DNA from: a virus
Taxonomy: Duplodnaviria; Caudoviricetes
IMG/VR virus record: IMGVR_UViG_3300013132_000051
Location: 1 to 63,522 of that record
Direction: 5' to 3' (one strand)
DNA: 63,522 nt
Shown here: positions 1-11,200 of the stretch, piece by piece
Layout of the letters: the number at the start of each line of letters is the position of its first letter
Position numbering within the stretch: position 1 is the first letter of the stretch
The notes under the pieces: generated by a model
Databases searched by the model: none
What the model was told of the DNA's origin: nothing
Seen by the model: only the letters and a program-made list of their open reading frames with translations
Position numbers and translations under genes: made by a program

Positions 1-13
1 AGAGGTATCGCGG

Positions 14-358
14 TTGGGGCTCGACAAGCTCATCCGTACCTCGGTCCAGATCCCCTCAACGGGTTCCGGGCCGCACGGATGGATGAAGATCGCGGAGACG
101 CTCGACTACCCGGAAACCCGCCTCTATGAGGGCACCGCCTCGACCGGGGAGACGATCTACTGCGAGCACCGCGTCTATGTGGACGAGGACCGCATCTACT
201 ACTACGGTCCGGTTTCGGTCGCCGAAGCCGCGTGGGAAGTCCACGCCCACAACAACGGCATCGACGGAGACGAGGCCCGAGAGTGGCTCCTCAAGTACAC
301 GAACTGCGAGGGTGCAGAGTTTTACGGGTACATCGCCCGCACCCGCCCGGAGGTCTGA
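14..358 (+). CDS. hypothetical phage protein (true start may lie upstream of the window)
   Basis: ORF with normal composition and GC3 bias; TTG start near the window edge; no motif recognised. Confidence 0.6.
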   Translation: MGLDKLIRTSVQIPSTGSGPHGWMKIAETLDYPETRLYEGTASTGETIYCEHRVYVDEDRIYYYGPVSVAEAAWEVHAHNNGIDGDEAREWLLKYTNCEGAEFYGYIARTRPEV

Positions 359-436
359 CCTGTTCCACGTCGAAATTCGACTCTCCAACTAACTTTTGCA
401 GTCGGTTTCCCCTTCGCCCTACGTCTTTAGGTACAT

Positions 437-1033
437 ATGACCCTCACGAACCTCTCCCCCTCCCCTGAAGCCTCCGCCCGCGTTCGCGCGGCCATCGACC
501 GCATCAAGGCAGACGACCCCGCCTATTGGCAGCGGTGTCAAGACCAGCGCGACCCCCGCTCCCCCGCCGCAGCGGGAAGTGTTCTCCACCTCGTGCCCAC
601 GTTCACCGGGGACATCGAGTCCGTCCTCCGGGCGTGCGAGTGGATCCCGTTCAAGGACGACGCGATCCTCCCGCAATGCACGGCGTTCCGCACCTTCGAC
701 CTTGCGGGTCGGCTCGGCCTCGTACCGCTCGCGGACCTCGGCCCCGATGCAACGGTGACCCTCGCGGACCCGAAGGAAACCGGCAAGGCGGAGGCGACCG
801 TCGTGCTTTCCAAGCGGGACGCCGAGCGGTCGCGCCCGTTCGTTCAGTACACGGTCATCATCCTCGGCCCGACCAAGGACGGGGGCGAGTGCGTGTGGAC
901 GTTCCACCCCGGACCTCCCATCAAGCCCTCGGAAGTGGCGACCCCGCCCGAAGGCGAGCGGGCCATCCTCGTAGCGAAGGCTCGCGAACTCGGCCTCGTG
1001 TTCGCAAAGATCGTCGTTCAAGAGGGCGAATGA
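437..1033 (+). CDS. hypothetical phage protein
   Basis: 198-aa ORF, ATG start, stop overlaps the next start (ATGA); C-terminal VWTFHPG motif of unknown function. Confidence 0.75.
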   Translation: MTLTNLSPSPEASARVRAAIDRIKADDPAYWQRCQDQRDPRSPAAAGSVLHLVPTFTGDIESVLRACEWIPFKDDAILPQCTAFRTFDLAGRLGLVPLADLGPDATVTLADPKETGKAEATVVLSKRDAERSRPFVQYTVIILGPTKDGGECVWTFHPGPPIKPSEVATPPEGERAILVAKARELGLVFAKIVVQEGE

Positions 1034-1383
1034 CCACCCCGCTCGCTATCCCGACGACGTGGGAATCCGCGTTCACTTGGATCGCGCTCATCCACCGTGC
1101 CGCCCATGAAGCCGGTCACTCGTTGTTCTTCGCCCAGACCAAGGTGAGTGACGAGCAACAACGCACCATCTTGGTGGCGGAGGCCGACGGGGACCGGAAG
1201 CGTCTCATCTGGGTTCTCCAAGAGTGCCCGGTCCCTGCCCCCATCATCGGCGGCGTTCTCGCTACCGAGAAGTCGATAGCCGATTTCCTCATCGAGCAGC
1301 ACCGGAAGGTGCTGGAGGAGAAACTCGGCTATCCGCCGGAGCGATGGGAGTTTCTCGACTACATTCCGGCCCCCGTAAGCTGA
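1030..1383 (+). CDS. hypothetical protein (MTTPLAIP...)
   Basis: ATGA coupling at 1030-1033; the longer 526 start of the ORF track overlaps the previous gene. Confidence 0.7.
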   Translation: MTTPLAIPTTWESAFTWIALIHRAAHEAGHSLFFAQTKVSDEQQRTILVAEADGDRKRLIWVLQECPVPAPIIGGVLATEKSIADFLIEQHRKVLEEKLGYPPERWEFLDYIPAPVS

Positions 1384-1390
1384 CCCTAAG

Positions 1391-1406
1391 CGGTAGGGGC
1401 TCTATC
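1391..1406 (+). promoter_or_regulatory. putative late-type promoter motif (CGKT-N4-7-YTATC)
   Basis: CGGT-AGGGGCT-CTATC 13 nt before ATG 1420; similar elements at 3689, 21852, 23989, 25727, 29523 (+) and 27137, 44300 (-). Confidence 0.45.
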
Positions 1407-1419
1407 CGGGCGAGAAGGT

Positions 1420-2334
1420 ATGAGCGACCTTCGCGCCCGTGTAATTCGTCTCGCCCGCGCCCGACCGGAGCTTCGCGCCCAACTCCTCCCGCTCGTGAAG
1501 GAAGCGCGGGTCACGGAGGAACTACTCCGGGTCAAGTACGTCAACCTCGGCGATTTCGGCGGGACGAACCCGATCCAGGACTCTTGGCTCCTGGAGGTCG
1601 CGGGTCCGACGTTCGACTATCGGGACGAGCTAAAGAGGCTCGGTCTGCGATGGGACCCCTCTTCCAAGACTTGGTCGCTTCACGCCACGCTTCCGAAGTA
1701 CGGGAACCCTCGCCTGGTCGCGGAGTACGAGAAGATCCGTCGGCTACAGAAAGCCGCGTACCCGAAGCTCCAGGAGCTAGCCGAAGAGCACAACCGCGTC
1801 GCTGAGGAAGCGAACAAGGGCCTCCGCCCCAAGGATCCGCGAGAGCTAGCAGAGCTAATCGACCGCCTCGACCGGATGGAGCCCGCGCTCGGGCGGGCGG
1901 GACTCGTCCTAGAGCGTAGGTTCCCTAGCCGGTATGACGCTTGGGAGCCCTTCGTTCTGATCAAGGGCAACACCTACCCCCTCGCGAACCTCATGAAGAG
2001 CCACGGGTTCCGCTGGAACCCGCGCGAGAAGGCGTGGTCGATGGCTGCGGCGGAGTTCTCCGTCGTCGGTCCGAAGTGGATGGGCGAAGTCGCTCGGTCG
2101 TTCCCCGCCGCCCCTCCGAAGGATGAGGGCGTCGGCGTCTTTACGGCGATGAGCAACGCGGAGCTGAAGAAGTGGATCTCCCGCTACATCGCGGGCTACG
2201 ATCCCGAAGGCTTCTACATGGACGGCGAGCGTTCCGATACGGAAGCCTACGCCTACTACTTCCGTTACCTCCGGGGGCTCAAGCCCGCCGAGCAAGACAA
2301 GCAGAAGCAAATCTACGAGCGTTACGACGTATGA
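1420..2334 (+). CDS. leader-peptide protein with two DUF5710/HARP-like repeats
   Basis: N-terminus MSDLRARVIRLARARPELRAQLLPLVKEA; repeats GPTFDYRDELKRLGLRWDPSSKTW and GNTYPLANLMKSHGFRWNPREKAW. Confidence 0.8.
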   Translation: MSDLRARVIRLARARPELRAQLLPLVKEARVTEELLRVKYVNLGDFGGTNPIQDSWLLEVAGPTFDYRDELKRLGLRWDPSSKTWSLHATLPKYGNPRLVAEYEKIRRLQKAAYPKLQELAEEHNRVAEEANKGLRPKDPRELAELIDRLDRMEPALGRAGLVLERRFPSRYDAWEPFVLIKGNTYPLANLMKSHGFRWNPREKAWSMAAAEFSVVGPKWMGEVARSFPAAPPKDEGVGVFTAMSNAELKKWISRYIAGYDPEGFYMDGERSDTEAYAYYFRYLRGLKPAEQDKQKQIYERYDV

Positions 2335-2762
2335 GCGACCTTCGATCCAAAGTGATTCGCCTCGCCCACGCGAAGCCGTCGCTGCGCCCGCACCTTTTGC
2401 CGCTGCTAAAGACGGCGAGGGTTTTTCCCACGCATGAGCAATCAGACGTGCTCATCAACGCTGGGATTACGTTTCTTGATTACACGCCGTTCGACAATGA
2501 GGTGAGGATCGGGGAGGTTCAGGGCAACGACCTCGCTCGGCTCATGAAGAGCTTTGGATTCAAGTGGGTTCCGAAGGACCGCGAGTGGGTCATCCCCACT
2601 AAAAAGTTTGAAGCGACCGCCGACAAGTGGGTGAAGCGCCTCTCGCAGCTTCGACCTCTGCCTCGCAAGCCGGGGCGCAAAGAGCATGACCGGAGCCTCC
2701 TTGAAGAGGAGCGGAGACGCGAGTTGGATCAGGACGACGAGCTTGACTCTGACTACCCGTAA
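2331..2762 (+). CDS. leader-peptide protein, partial paralog of 1420-2334
   Basis: ATGA overlap at 2331; MSDLRSKVIRLAHAKPSLRPHLLPLLKTA; LARLMKSFGFKWVPKDREW repeat. Confidence 0.8.
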   Translation: MSDLRSKVIRLAHAKPSLRPHLLPLLKTARVFPTHEQSDVLINAGITFLDYTPFDNEVRIGEVQGNDLARLMKSFGFKWVPKDREWVIPTKKFEATADKWVKRLSQLRPLPRKPGRKEHDRSLLEEERRRELDQDDELDSDYP

Positions 2763-2779
2763 CGCGGGTAGCGTTAGCC

Positions 2780-3679
2780 ATGAGCTTCGGATGGACAGGA
2801 TTCTTTCGGCAAGGCGCGTGGCGCGAGCTACGCCGGTTCCTCCTGAATCAGAAGCGGGACGCTCTACCCCGTATTCGGGCGATCAACGCTGAGTTGTCCC
2901 GTATCGGGTACGTCCGTATTCTTTATGCGAGGACGGACCCGTCGAACCCTAACTCGCCGATGAGCGAGCGGAGGATCGGCCTGGACGTGTCGCCGGGGAC
3001 GAGCCTAGAAAAGCTCCTCCAGGCGTACATCGCCCAAGGCGGCAACCCGTTCGACATCTCGATGTTCCTGATTCCCGACTCGTTCATCTTCGTCGAGAAT
3101 GAGGAATCTACCTCCCCCGTCTCTGAAGAAATCGACGAGACGGGCGTCGAAGGCGAGCCGATACGCCGAGAGACGGCTCCCTACTCGGGGATCGTTTACC
3201 CGATCTCTGCCGATCCGGTTATCGGCGGGCTCTACACCGGAGGGTGGCTACCGCTGTGGAGGTACCCGCCTCGGAAGTTCGGCAACAACATCACCTACAT
3301 CACCGAGTCGGCGGATCTAGCTCCCGCGACGAGACAGCTCCGGGACTGGGCGAATCGGGACATCCGGGGCCTCCGGAACAACCTAGAGGCCCGGATCATC
3401 AAGCTCTGCGACCTCCGCGAGCAGCTCCTCCTAGAGCGGGATGAGATTCTTCCCCAGGCCGTCGGCGGAGCCACTGACGGGGTTTCGTTCAACCCGGACG
3501 TTTTTGCGGTAACGCACCACACGTCCGGCATCATCCGTCAGATTGACGACGTGTTCTACACGATCGCCGACGGGTTCTACGATTTCGAGAACCCGCGTCA
3601 GTCCCAGCCCAACCCCCCGTACCCCGTCCTGCTCGAGGACGCGCCGACGGGCGAGGAGGCGTGGACCGCGTTCGGATAA
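2780..3679 (+). CDS. hypothetical protein, probably virion-associated
   Basis: 299-aa ORF directly upstream of the baseplate operon; role inferred from context only. Confidence 0.7.
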   Translation: MSFGWTGFFRQGAWRELRRFLLNQKRDALPRIRAINAELSRIGYVRILYARTDPSNPNSPMSERRIGLDVSPGTSLEKLLQAYIAQGGNPFDISMFLIPDSFIFVENEESTSPVSEEIDETGVEGEPIRRETAPYSGIVYPISADPVIGGLYTGGWLPLWRYPPRKFGNNITYITESADLAPATRQLRDWANRDIRGLRNNLEARIIKLCDLREQLLLERDEILPQAVGGATDGVSFNPDVFAVTHHTSGIIRQIDDVFYTIADGFYDFENPRQSQPNPPYPVLLEDAPTGEEAWTAFG

Positions 3680-3731
3680 CCGCTTCCGCGTTCCCTTCTA
3701 TCGCCCCGGAAAGACGGAGCGCGGAATAGGC

Positions 3732-4850
3732 TTGTCTACCGACGTACAAATCGCCTTCCTGTGCCCCCACGTCGTGGGGGAGGAACGGGTCGCGCTCTCG
3801 CCGGACCGCCAGACCCTCACGACCCGCTACCCCATCAGCGGGGCGAAGCTCCTCAAGGTACTCGTCAACAACGAGTACGAGGTGCTACCGGGAAGCGGGA
3901 TCTCGACGCGGGCGGCTCTGTCCGCCGCGCGACCGGAGCCCTATCTCGTCGTCGCGGGCGAGCAGGAACTCACAATCAAAACGGCGTTTCGTCAGGTCAC
4001 GACGACGCTCCCGCCCGGATACCTGACCGCTGACCAGCTCGTTGGAATTCTCAACGCGCTCGCGGTTGTGCCGGGGGACCGGCCTTTTTTCGTAGCCGAG
4101 AAGGACGAGCTATCGACGCTGGTGCTGAGAGAGAACCAGCGCGTCGGCCCTGAGTCGCAGATCAAAGTGCTCGGACCCGCCTCGGCGAACCTCGGGTTTG
4201 ACTTTCAGTTCGGCAGCGTCGGTCGCGTTGTCGTCCCGCCGTTCGTCCTAGTGAGGCGGACCGCTGTGGGGGCGACCTCGGACCTGGACCTCGGGTATGA
4301 GATCCGGTTCCGAGCCCCGGTCCCGTCCAACTACTTCTTTTCGGTGACCTATCCGACGCCCTGGAACCTGTGCCCTCGGTGTCGGGGGACCGAAGTCGAA
4401 AACGACTACCGCTTCAACGACCAGGGAGAAACTCTCCAGGTCGCGGACAACAACCTCCTCTATCAGGGCTGTCTCAAGATTATCCTCACGGAACTCGGGT
4501 CGAACATCTACGCGAAGTGGTACGGGTCGAGCGTCTCGTCGAGCATCGGCTCCAAGGCCCTCGCCGGTACCCAAGCGACGCTTCAACAAGCCGTTAGGAC
4601 GGCGCTCAATAACTTCCAGGGGATCCAGACCTCCCAGGCCAAGTACCAGCGCATCACCGCCAAGGAGCGTCTCTTCTCGGTCGATCAAGTCTCGGTCGTT
4701 CCGGATGCCCAAGACCCGACCGTATTCTTGATCAACGTCCAGATCCGCAGCTACAGCTCGGACCCGATCAACATCGACATCGTGTACACGGCTCCCGGAG
4801 CCTACGCCCTGCCCGGAACGAATAGGCTATCGCTGGGGAGATACGGATGA
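3732..4850 (+). CDS. baseplate wedge subunit with C-terminal gp25/GPW-like domain
   Basis: LYQGCLKIILTELGSNIYAKWYGSSV matches the gp25 Q-I-IL-T-G-YGS pattern; precedes the baseplate J-like gene; TTG start chosen to avoid overlap. Confidence 0.75.
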   Translation: MSTDVQIAFLCPHVVGEERVALSPDRQTLTTRYPISGAKLLKVLVNNEYEVLPGSGISTRAALSAARPEPYLVVAGEQELTIKTAFRQVTTTLPPGYLTADQLVGILNALAVVPGDRPFFVAEKDELSTLVLRENQRVGPESQIKVLGPASANLGFDFQFGSVGRVVVPPFVLVRRTAVGATSDLDLGYEIRFRAPVPSNYFFSVTYPTPWNLCPRCRGTEVENDYRFNDQGETLQVADNNLLYQGCLKIILTELGSNIYAKWYGSSVSSSIGSKALAGTQATLQQAVRTALNNFQGIQTSQAKYQRITAKERLFSVDQVSVVPDAQDPTVFLINVQIRSYSSDPINIDIVYTAPGAYALPGTNRLSLGRYG

Positions 4851-7800
4851 GCGTTCTTCAGGTACTCGCCCCCGACGGCAACTACTACACGAGCATCGCC
4901 TGGTCCACAACCACGACTCGGCGATTCTTCGCGGGCACCGTACCGACGACGGCGGCGGACCTGGAAGTCTCGATCCGGGGAGCGCCGTTCTCTAGCGACC
5001 CGTCTCTCATCTCGTTCACGGCCTCGGGATGGGTCGTTCCGAATCCGGCTTCGTATCCGGACGGGTTGGACCTGTTCTCGGGCACGAACGTCGTCCAGGT
5101 CCGATCTATCCCCCTCGTCGGTTCGCCTTCGGCTCCGGTTACGGCGACGGTCTACCTACTCTCGGACACGGCTACCGTCGGAGTAGCCCCTCCGACCAAT
5201 ATCACCGTCGAACGCCTCGACAACGCCGTCAACATCTCGGCCCAGGGACTGACGGATACTCGCGTCACCGGCTACAACTTCTACGCCTCGCTCCAACCCG
5301 GAGGCGGGGCCGTAGGCTACTTCCGAATCAATCTCAATCCCATCACCGTTCCCGTCCTCCAACAGAACGTCGTCGAACTCTCGTCCCTCACGACGAACAA
5401 CCTCCCGGCGAACGCCGACCCGCTCTTCGTGAGACTGTCTGTTTCACAGGAAAACTCGTCCCAGACTACTCTCCAGACCGACGTAGACTCGCGAGTCGAG
5501 ATCCCCGAAACGGTTACTGAGATCCAAACCAGCGTCACCCTCTCCTCAGTCGAGACGCTCCGCTACTACCAGTTTCTCCACCGACGCAGCGCCGGTCTCT
5601 CCTCCGACCCCGCCACCGTCCCCGTGGGTGCCTTCTCGGCGCTTCCGGCGAGCGAGCCCCTCTACTACATCGTCACGGCGCTCTACTACGATCCGCTAAC
5701 CCAGACCGAGTACGAGTCCTACTACTCGCCGGAAGTCGTCGCCAACCCCATCGACGTTCGCATCACGACCCAGACCCTCCCCGTCGTCACTCGTCAACAG
5801 ATCCTCCAAGACGCCGTCGCCTCCATCTACCGTAAGGATCGGAACATCTCCGTCCAGCCCGGAAGCGTCCCTCGGGACGTGTTCCTGGACCCGTTTACCT
5901 CGGAAGCTGAGCGGATTCGCTTCGTCCTCGACTTCATCTACCGCGCTAGCTCATTCGACACGCTCCTGGGGATTGACGACCCGTTCGGTACGGGCTTCTC
6001 GATTTCTCCGAGCCGGTCTACCTACAAGCAGACCCTCGCCCAGTCTTTCTTCCTGGCGAACGCTGACACCGCCCAGACGATTATCAACGCTGCCTTCGAC
6101 AAGCTCGCCGCCAACTTTGGCGTGACTCGCATCCCCGGCAAGCGCGCTCTCGGCGAAGTCCGATTCTTTACGAGCGTAGTTCCGACCGCTTCGCTACAGG
6201 TACCCCTCGGAACCCGCCTCTCCGGAGGGGGGAGGACGTTCCTGACGACGAGGTACGTCGAGATCCCCGTCTCCCAACTCGCCTCCTTCTTCAATCCTTC
6301 GACCGGACAATACTCGGTTCGCTGTCCCGTCCAAGACAACAGCGCGGGGGCGGGAGGGAATCTCGGCCCCCGCCAAATCACCTCCGGCGCTCCTTACGGG
6401 CTGAGCGTCACGAACGACGCGGCGCTCTTCGGCGGTACGGACAGCGAGACGAACGCCCAGCTAGCCGCTCGCGCTAGGTCGGCTCTCTCAGCGGTCGATA
6501 CCGGAACGCAACAGGGCTACCTCCAGACCGCCGCCGGGGTTCCGGGCGTACTAGAGGCGAGCGTCGTCGCTTCGGGTTCGCCGTTGATGATGAGGGATTT
6601 CGACCCCGCTACCGGAGAGCACGTCGGCGGCAAGGTAGACGTTTGGGAACGGGGGTTCCAGGTCAACACCCTCACCGACACGTTCGCCTTCACTTACGTC
6701 CGGAAGCTCAACATCCAGTTCGTCACGGTCGGACCTCCGGGAGGGTACCGATTCCGGGCGGTGGACTCGGACCTCTCGCCGACGAACCCCCTCGCCCAGA
6801 TGCTCGACTATCCGGCGCTGGGGCTGGGCCTCCGAAACGCGACGACAGGGCTCGACTTCGACCTAACGAACGTCCAGATCGTCACCTACGACACGATACA
6901 GCTCTCGTTGGACGTGCCTCAGCCCCCGGTCACTTTGACCGACGTAGTGCTCGGGGACTACCGGCTTCGTACCGGCGAGAAGTTCGTCCTGACCCGCCAG
7001 CCCGTTATCTTCCTGAACTCGCTCGTCGGTGAGTCCTCGGGAACGATCGGCGCTTCGGCCTACCGGCTCGTCCATCCTAACTCACCCCTGGAGCTAGGGA
7101 GGTCTACGAAGGCGGGAGACTACCTGCTCGTCACGGGAAGCCCCGACCCTGGAGTCGTCTCTCCGTCGGGGGCGATTCTGTCGGTCCTCAACGAGCAGCA
7201 CGTCATCGTCGGCGAATACATCGAGTACGTCAACCGCCTCGGTGCGGACTCGCTGTCTATCGTCGTGACGAACCTCACGTCCACCTTCACCTACAACGGC
7301 CCGTACACCCCGCCGTCGTTGGGTTCGCCAGACTACACGATCATCGAGGGTACTCAGACGGTTCCCGTCGGTATCAAGCGCACCAGCGGATCGAACATCG
7401 CCGACGGCGAGACGATTCTGATTAGCTACTCGCATGACGAGAACTTCACGGTCTCCTATCAAGTCAACCAGGTCACCAGCGCCCTCCAAGACGCCATCGA
7501 CGCGAGCCGACATATCACCGCCGACGTAGTAGCGAAGTCGTCCGTCCCGGTGTCTATCGACCTGAAGGCGACGATTATCCTCAACCGGGGTGTTCAGCAG
7601 TCCTCGGCGGACCAGGCGATCCGAACGAACCTGAACCTCTTTTTCTCGACGCTTCAGCTAGGCACCTCCATTCGGCGGTCGGACGTAATCGGGGTAATCG
7701 AAACGACGGTGGGCGTGTCCTACGTCGTGCTGCCGCTAGTACAGATGGCTCGGATCGTCGGGTCTATCGTCGTCAAGGACGAGATTTCCACGACCCAGCT

Positions 7801-8275
7801 CGACGACGCGCTGCGAGTAGCCGCCTGGTCGAACTCCGAAAACGCGGTCTGGCTTCTCCAGGACGAGCTATCCGCTCCGACGACTGACGGCGGAGGGCCT
7901 CCCGGCGAATTCCGCCGCGTCTACCAGGACGACTACGCGCTCACGCTTCAGGAGTCGTTCCCCGACCAGCTCGGTCGGGAAGCCGGTCGCTCCTACATCA
8001 TCGGCAACAGCGGTCTAATCATCCCCGGCTACTCCGACGACGTAACGCTCGCCGCCCAGGGCTACAACACCCCCGACGAACGCGCCGCCCGCCGTCAGGA
8101 TATTACCCAGAACCGCGTTCTCGTCTCGCTAAAGGTCGGAGACGCGCCGTCGAGTCACCGATACTGGGCGACCTACATCGTCGGGTTCTCGGACCTAGAA
8201 GCCGACATCACCCTCTCGTCCGCCGAGTACGCGGCTCCGGGGTCCTGGTCCTTTACCTACGATGAGGATCGTTGA
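4847..8275 (+). CDS. baseplate J-like (gp6-type wedge) protein
   Basis: PGSVPRD, FDKLAANFGVTRIPGKRALGEVRF, GGTDSETNAQLAAR and GT..GY...VPGV motifs typical of Baseplate_J. Confidence 0.85.
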   Translation: MSVLQVLAPDGNYYTSIAWSTTTTRRFFAGTVPTTAADLEVSIRGAPFSSDPSLISFTASGWVVPNPASYPDGLDLFSGTNVVQVRSIPLVGSPSAPVTATVYLLSDTATVGVAPPTNITVERLDNAVNISAQGLTDTRVTGYNFYASLQPGGGAVGYFRINLNPITVPVLQQNVVELSSLTTNNLPANADPLFVRLSVSQENSSQTTLQTDVDSRVEIPETVTEIQTSVTLSSVETLRYYQFLHRRSAGLSSDPATVPVGAFSALPASEPLYYIVTALYYDPLTQTEYESYYSPEVVANPIDVRITTQTLPVVTRQQILQDAVASIYRKDRNISVQPGSVPRDVFLDPFTSEAERIRFVLDFIYRASSFDTLLGIDDPFGTGFSISPSRSTYKQTLAQSFFLANADTAQTIINAAFDKLAANFGVTRIPGKRALGEVRFFTSVVPTASLQVPLGTRLSGGGRTFLTTRYVEIPVSQLASFFNPSTGQYSVRCPVQDNSAGAGGNLGPRQITSGAPYGLSVTNDAALFGGTDSETNAQLAARARSALSAVDTGTQQGYLQTAAGVPGVLEASVVASGSPLMMRDFDPATGEHVGGKVDVWERGFQVNTLTDTFAFTYVRKLNIQFVTVGPPGGYRFRAVDSDLSPTNPLAQMLDYPALGLGLRNATTGLDFDLTNVQIVTYDTIQLSLDVPQPPVTLTDVVLGDYRLRTGEKFVLTRQPVIFLNSLVGESSGTIGASAYRLVHPNSPLELGRSTKAGDYLLVTGSPDPGVVSPSGAILSVLNEQHVIVGEYIEYVNRLGADSLSIVVTNLTSTFTYNGPYTPPSLGSPDYTIIEGTQTVPVGIKRTSGSNIADGETILISYSHDENFTVSYQVNQVTSALQDAIDASRHITADVVAKSSVPVSIDLKATIILNRGVQQSSADQAIRTNLNLFFSTLQLGTSIRRSDVIGVIETTVGVSYVVLPLVQMARIVGSIVVKDEISTTQLDDALRVAAWSNSENAVWLLQDELSAPTTDGGGPPGEFRRVYQDDYALTLQESFPDQLGREAGRSYIIGNSGLIIPGYSDDVTLAAQGYNTPDERAARRQDITQNRVLVSLKVGDAPSSHRYWATYIVGFSDLEADITLSSAEYAAPGSWSFTYDEDR

Positions 8276-11200
8276 TGTCTGACGACCCCAAGTCGAGGGG
8301 AACCTCGGGACTATTCGCGCCGCTCCCGGCGGTACTGGCGGGGCCGGACGCTCAGAATCCTGCGCCCTTCGATCAAGAAGGCCAGGTAGACGAGTCTCGA
8401 GTCCGGACGATTGCCGACCAGATCGTCCGGGTCTTTCTCAACTCGTTGCCGTCCAACTATGTCTCCCAGACGAAGGGGCCGTACTACGCGCAGCAGTTCC
8501 AAGCCGCCGCCGAAGAGCTAGCCCGCATCCAAGTAGCCGCCGAAGACGCCTACGAGGACGTGGACTTTGACTTCACGCGCTCGGAGGTGCTCTGGCAGTT
8601 CCTCGCGACGCTGGTGTTTCCCTGGGCCGAAGAAACAGGGCTCCCGGACATTCAGGGAGATGTCTCGTTCCGGACGTTCCTGAAAACGATGGTCGCGCTG
8701 CTACTCAAGGGCAGCAAGGAAGTCACCCTCCTCCAGGGCGTCGAGGCGCTTACCGACGCGGAAGTCGCAATCGTAGACCGTTCCCTTTACAGCCCTCTGC
8801 TGAAGGATCGGTTCACGTTCGACATCAACGTCTCCAATCATCGCCGCACGACCGTCTGGGACGACACGACGGCGAGCGACTATGACCACTACCACACGGT
8901 CAGCATCAACGCGGCGGGCGAGGGCAAGACCACCGGCACCGTGTGGACGGGGGCGACCGGACCCGACCACACTCACGACATTGCGGGGTTCCTGACTGAG
9001 AGCGTATCCGCGACGGGGCTCGGGTCGCACACCCACGACCTCCTATCGAGCTTCCCCGACCTCCCCGTCGAGCTAGCACGGAACGTCCGTCTAGTAATGC
9101 GGGCTCTGAAGCCCGCCCACACCCTCTACGAGTACACGAACCTCTTTCGCGAGACGTACCGCCAGGTCTTCAGCGACGAGGTCTCTCGCTACGAGATCGA
9201 CAGCTACTACTACGATGACCTGCGGAAATACTGCACCGGCATCAAGGAAGTCGGCAGCTCCTCGGGCACGGTTCTCTCGGACCGCTACACGCTCAATGAC
9301 ACGGTCAGCTTCCGGGCGGTACGTCCGGGCGCTCCGCTTCGGGTATTCGACGGTTCTGGGATCGTCCTCGGGCTTTACCAAGTCCGCGAGGTACTCGCGT
9401 TCCCGTTTGGCGATGACCCCGTAGCCCGTCCGTATATCACGGCCCCCTCGGGGGTGGCGAGCACCGCGACCGTGGTAGCCGGGGCAATCATCGATCCGGC
9501 TCGGGACTGGGCCGTAGATGTAGTAGCGGGCGAGGTTCTGACGTTCCTCTCGGGGCCTAACCTCGGTGACTACGTCCTAGAAACGGTGCTCGGCTCGGGC
9601 GGCGGCGCTCTCGGTACGGCGACCGGCCCTGGAACAGAGGTGGTCCCCGCGCCCTGCTTCGTGCGAGTAGCGCCCCGGTTCCCGGCGACGGGCTCAGTCA
9701 TCTACTCCATCGAAGTAGACCGCCTCGGGATTCGCAAGCCGATTCAGGTCGTCAACGAGGACGTGTCCTCGCAGTTCTACTCGCCCCCCGTTGGGAACAA
9801 CGCGACCGTCATCGTCGCGAAAGGCCCGCTTGTCCGCGACTACGGCGACGCGACTCCGGCGACGCCTCTGGATGTAGTAGTCGAGCTAAACGGCGTACCC
9901 CAGACGGTCGAGAGTCTCAACCCGTACACGGGCGAGATTACCCTCGCCCCTCCGGGTATCGCCCGATTCCTACCGGCCTTGGGCGATACCGTTACGGTTT
10001 CGTACTGGTGGTTCCCGATGCCCCTTCAGGGCATGACGGGCCTCAATACGAAGGGCCTCACTCTCAACAAGTGGGACCTCCGGGGCGGAAGGACTGCGAC
10101 CTCGCCGACCTCGGGCGGGCTATGGGGCGGGTTCCGAACGACCCGTTTCCCGATGGGCGTCGCACTCGGGCGGTTCCCGACGCGGAAGCCCCCAGTACGA
10201 GTCGCTCACAGGTACATCGCGTTTGAGCGGGCGTACACGGCGGCGATCAACTCGCCGACGACGCTGCTTCTCAATCAGGCACCGGGGCGCGTTACGGTGC
10301 CCTACGCCGAAGCGGACGTTCCTTCGACGACCGTTCAGTACGAGGGTACCTCCCCGCCGACGGCTCCTTGGGTCCAAAAGGGCGCGCTCTCGGGAGTCTC
10401 CAACGGGGACTTCTACACGCTCAAGAAGACCTCGGGCACGGAAGTCGGATATTGGAGCCGGGACTTTGAGCTACCCGTCGCCTCGGTCATCGCGGCGGCG
10501 ACCCGCATCCAAATATCCAGCTACACGCTCGATGGCGTGTTCACGGGTATCGGACTCGGGTTCCACGACAACCAGCGGCTCTATCTAGCGGGGGCGCTCG
10601 TCGTCAACGGCGTCAAGCACGTCGGATTGCTCGCCCGTCCCGGTAGCCCTAGCGAGTTGAGCTCCTGGATTGTCGGACCTCAAGTCGCCGGTCGAGTCAC
10701 GACCTCAACGACGGTCGTTTGCAAGCTGAGCGAAGCGCCGACGGTTCTGACGCCGGGAGATCGGTTCCAGATTCTCTCGGGCAACCAGTCGGGCGTCTAC
10801 ACGATCAGCCAGATCTTCAGGGACCGAACTCGGGACCGGATCACGTTCGTTATCTCAGGGACGTTCCCGGCGAATCCCGCGCTCTTCGGCAACCGGGACG
10901 TGACGCTCGCTTTTGAGACGCTATGGGACGAAGCGGTCTGCTCGTGGCGCATCTACGCGAACACGCGCAGCCAAACCGCCCAGGTCTACTTCGGGGGTTC
11001 AACGGGGGCGGGGTTCGCCCGTCTTACGGCCTCGCCGGTTCTAGCGTCACCTGCGTACCTCGGGCCGGATGTCTTGCCCCAAGGATCCGGGCGGTTCGTA
11101 TGGGGCACGTTCTCGCGCTCGGCGACCTCGGAAGTCGTTTGGGATTTCATCCGGTACTTGTCTACGCCGGACGGGGGGACTCGGTTCTCGCGGGGCACGG

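Noticed and set aside
380-400. AACTAAC resembling the early promoter core
   Set aside because: The TACCGAG half at the fixed 12-nt spacing is absent.
1420-1510. Leader peptide as a Sec/Tat/lipoprotein signal
   Set aside because: No uninterrupted hydrophobic core, twin-Arg consensus or lipobox, and one copy is internal to an ORF.
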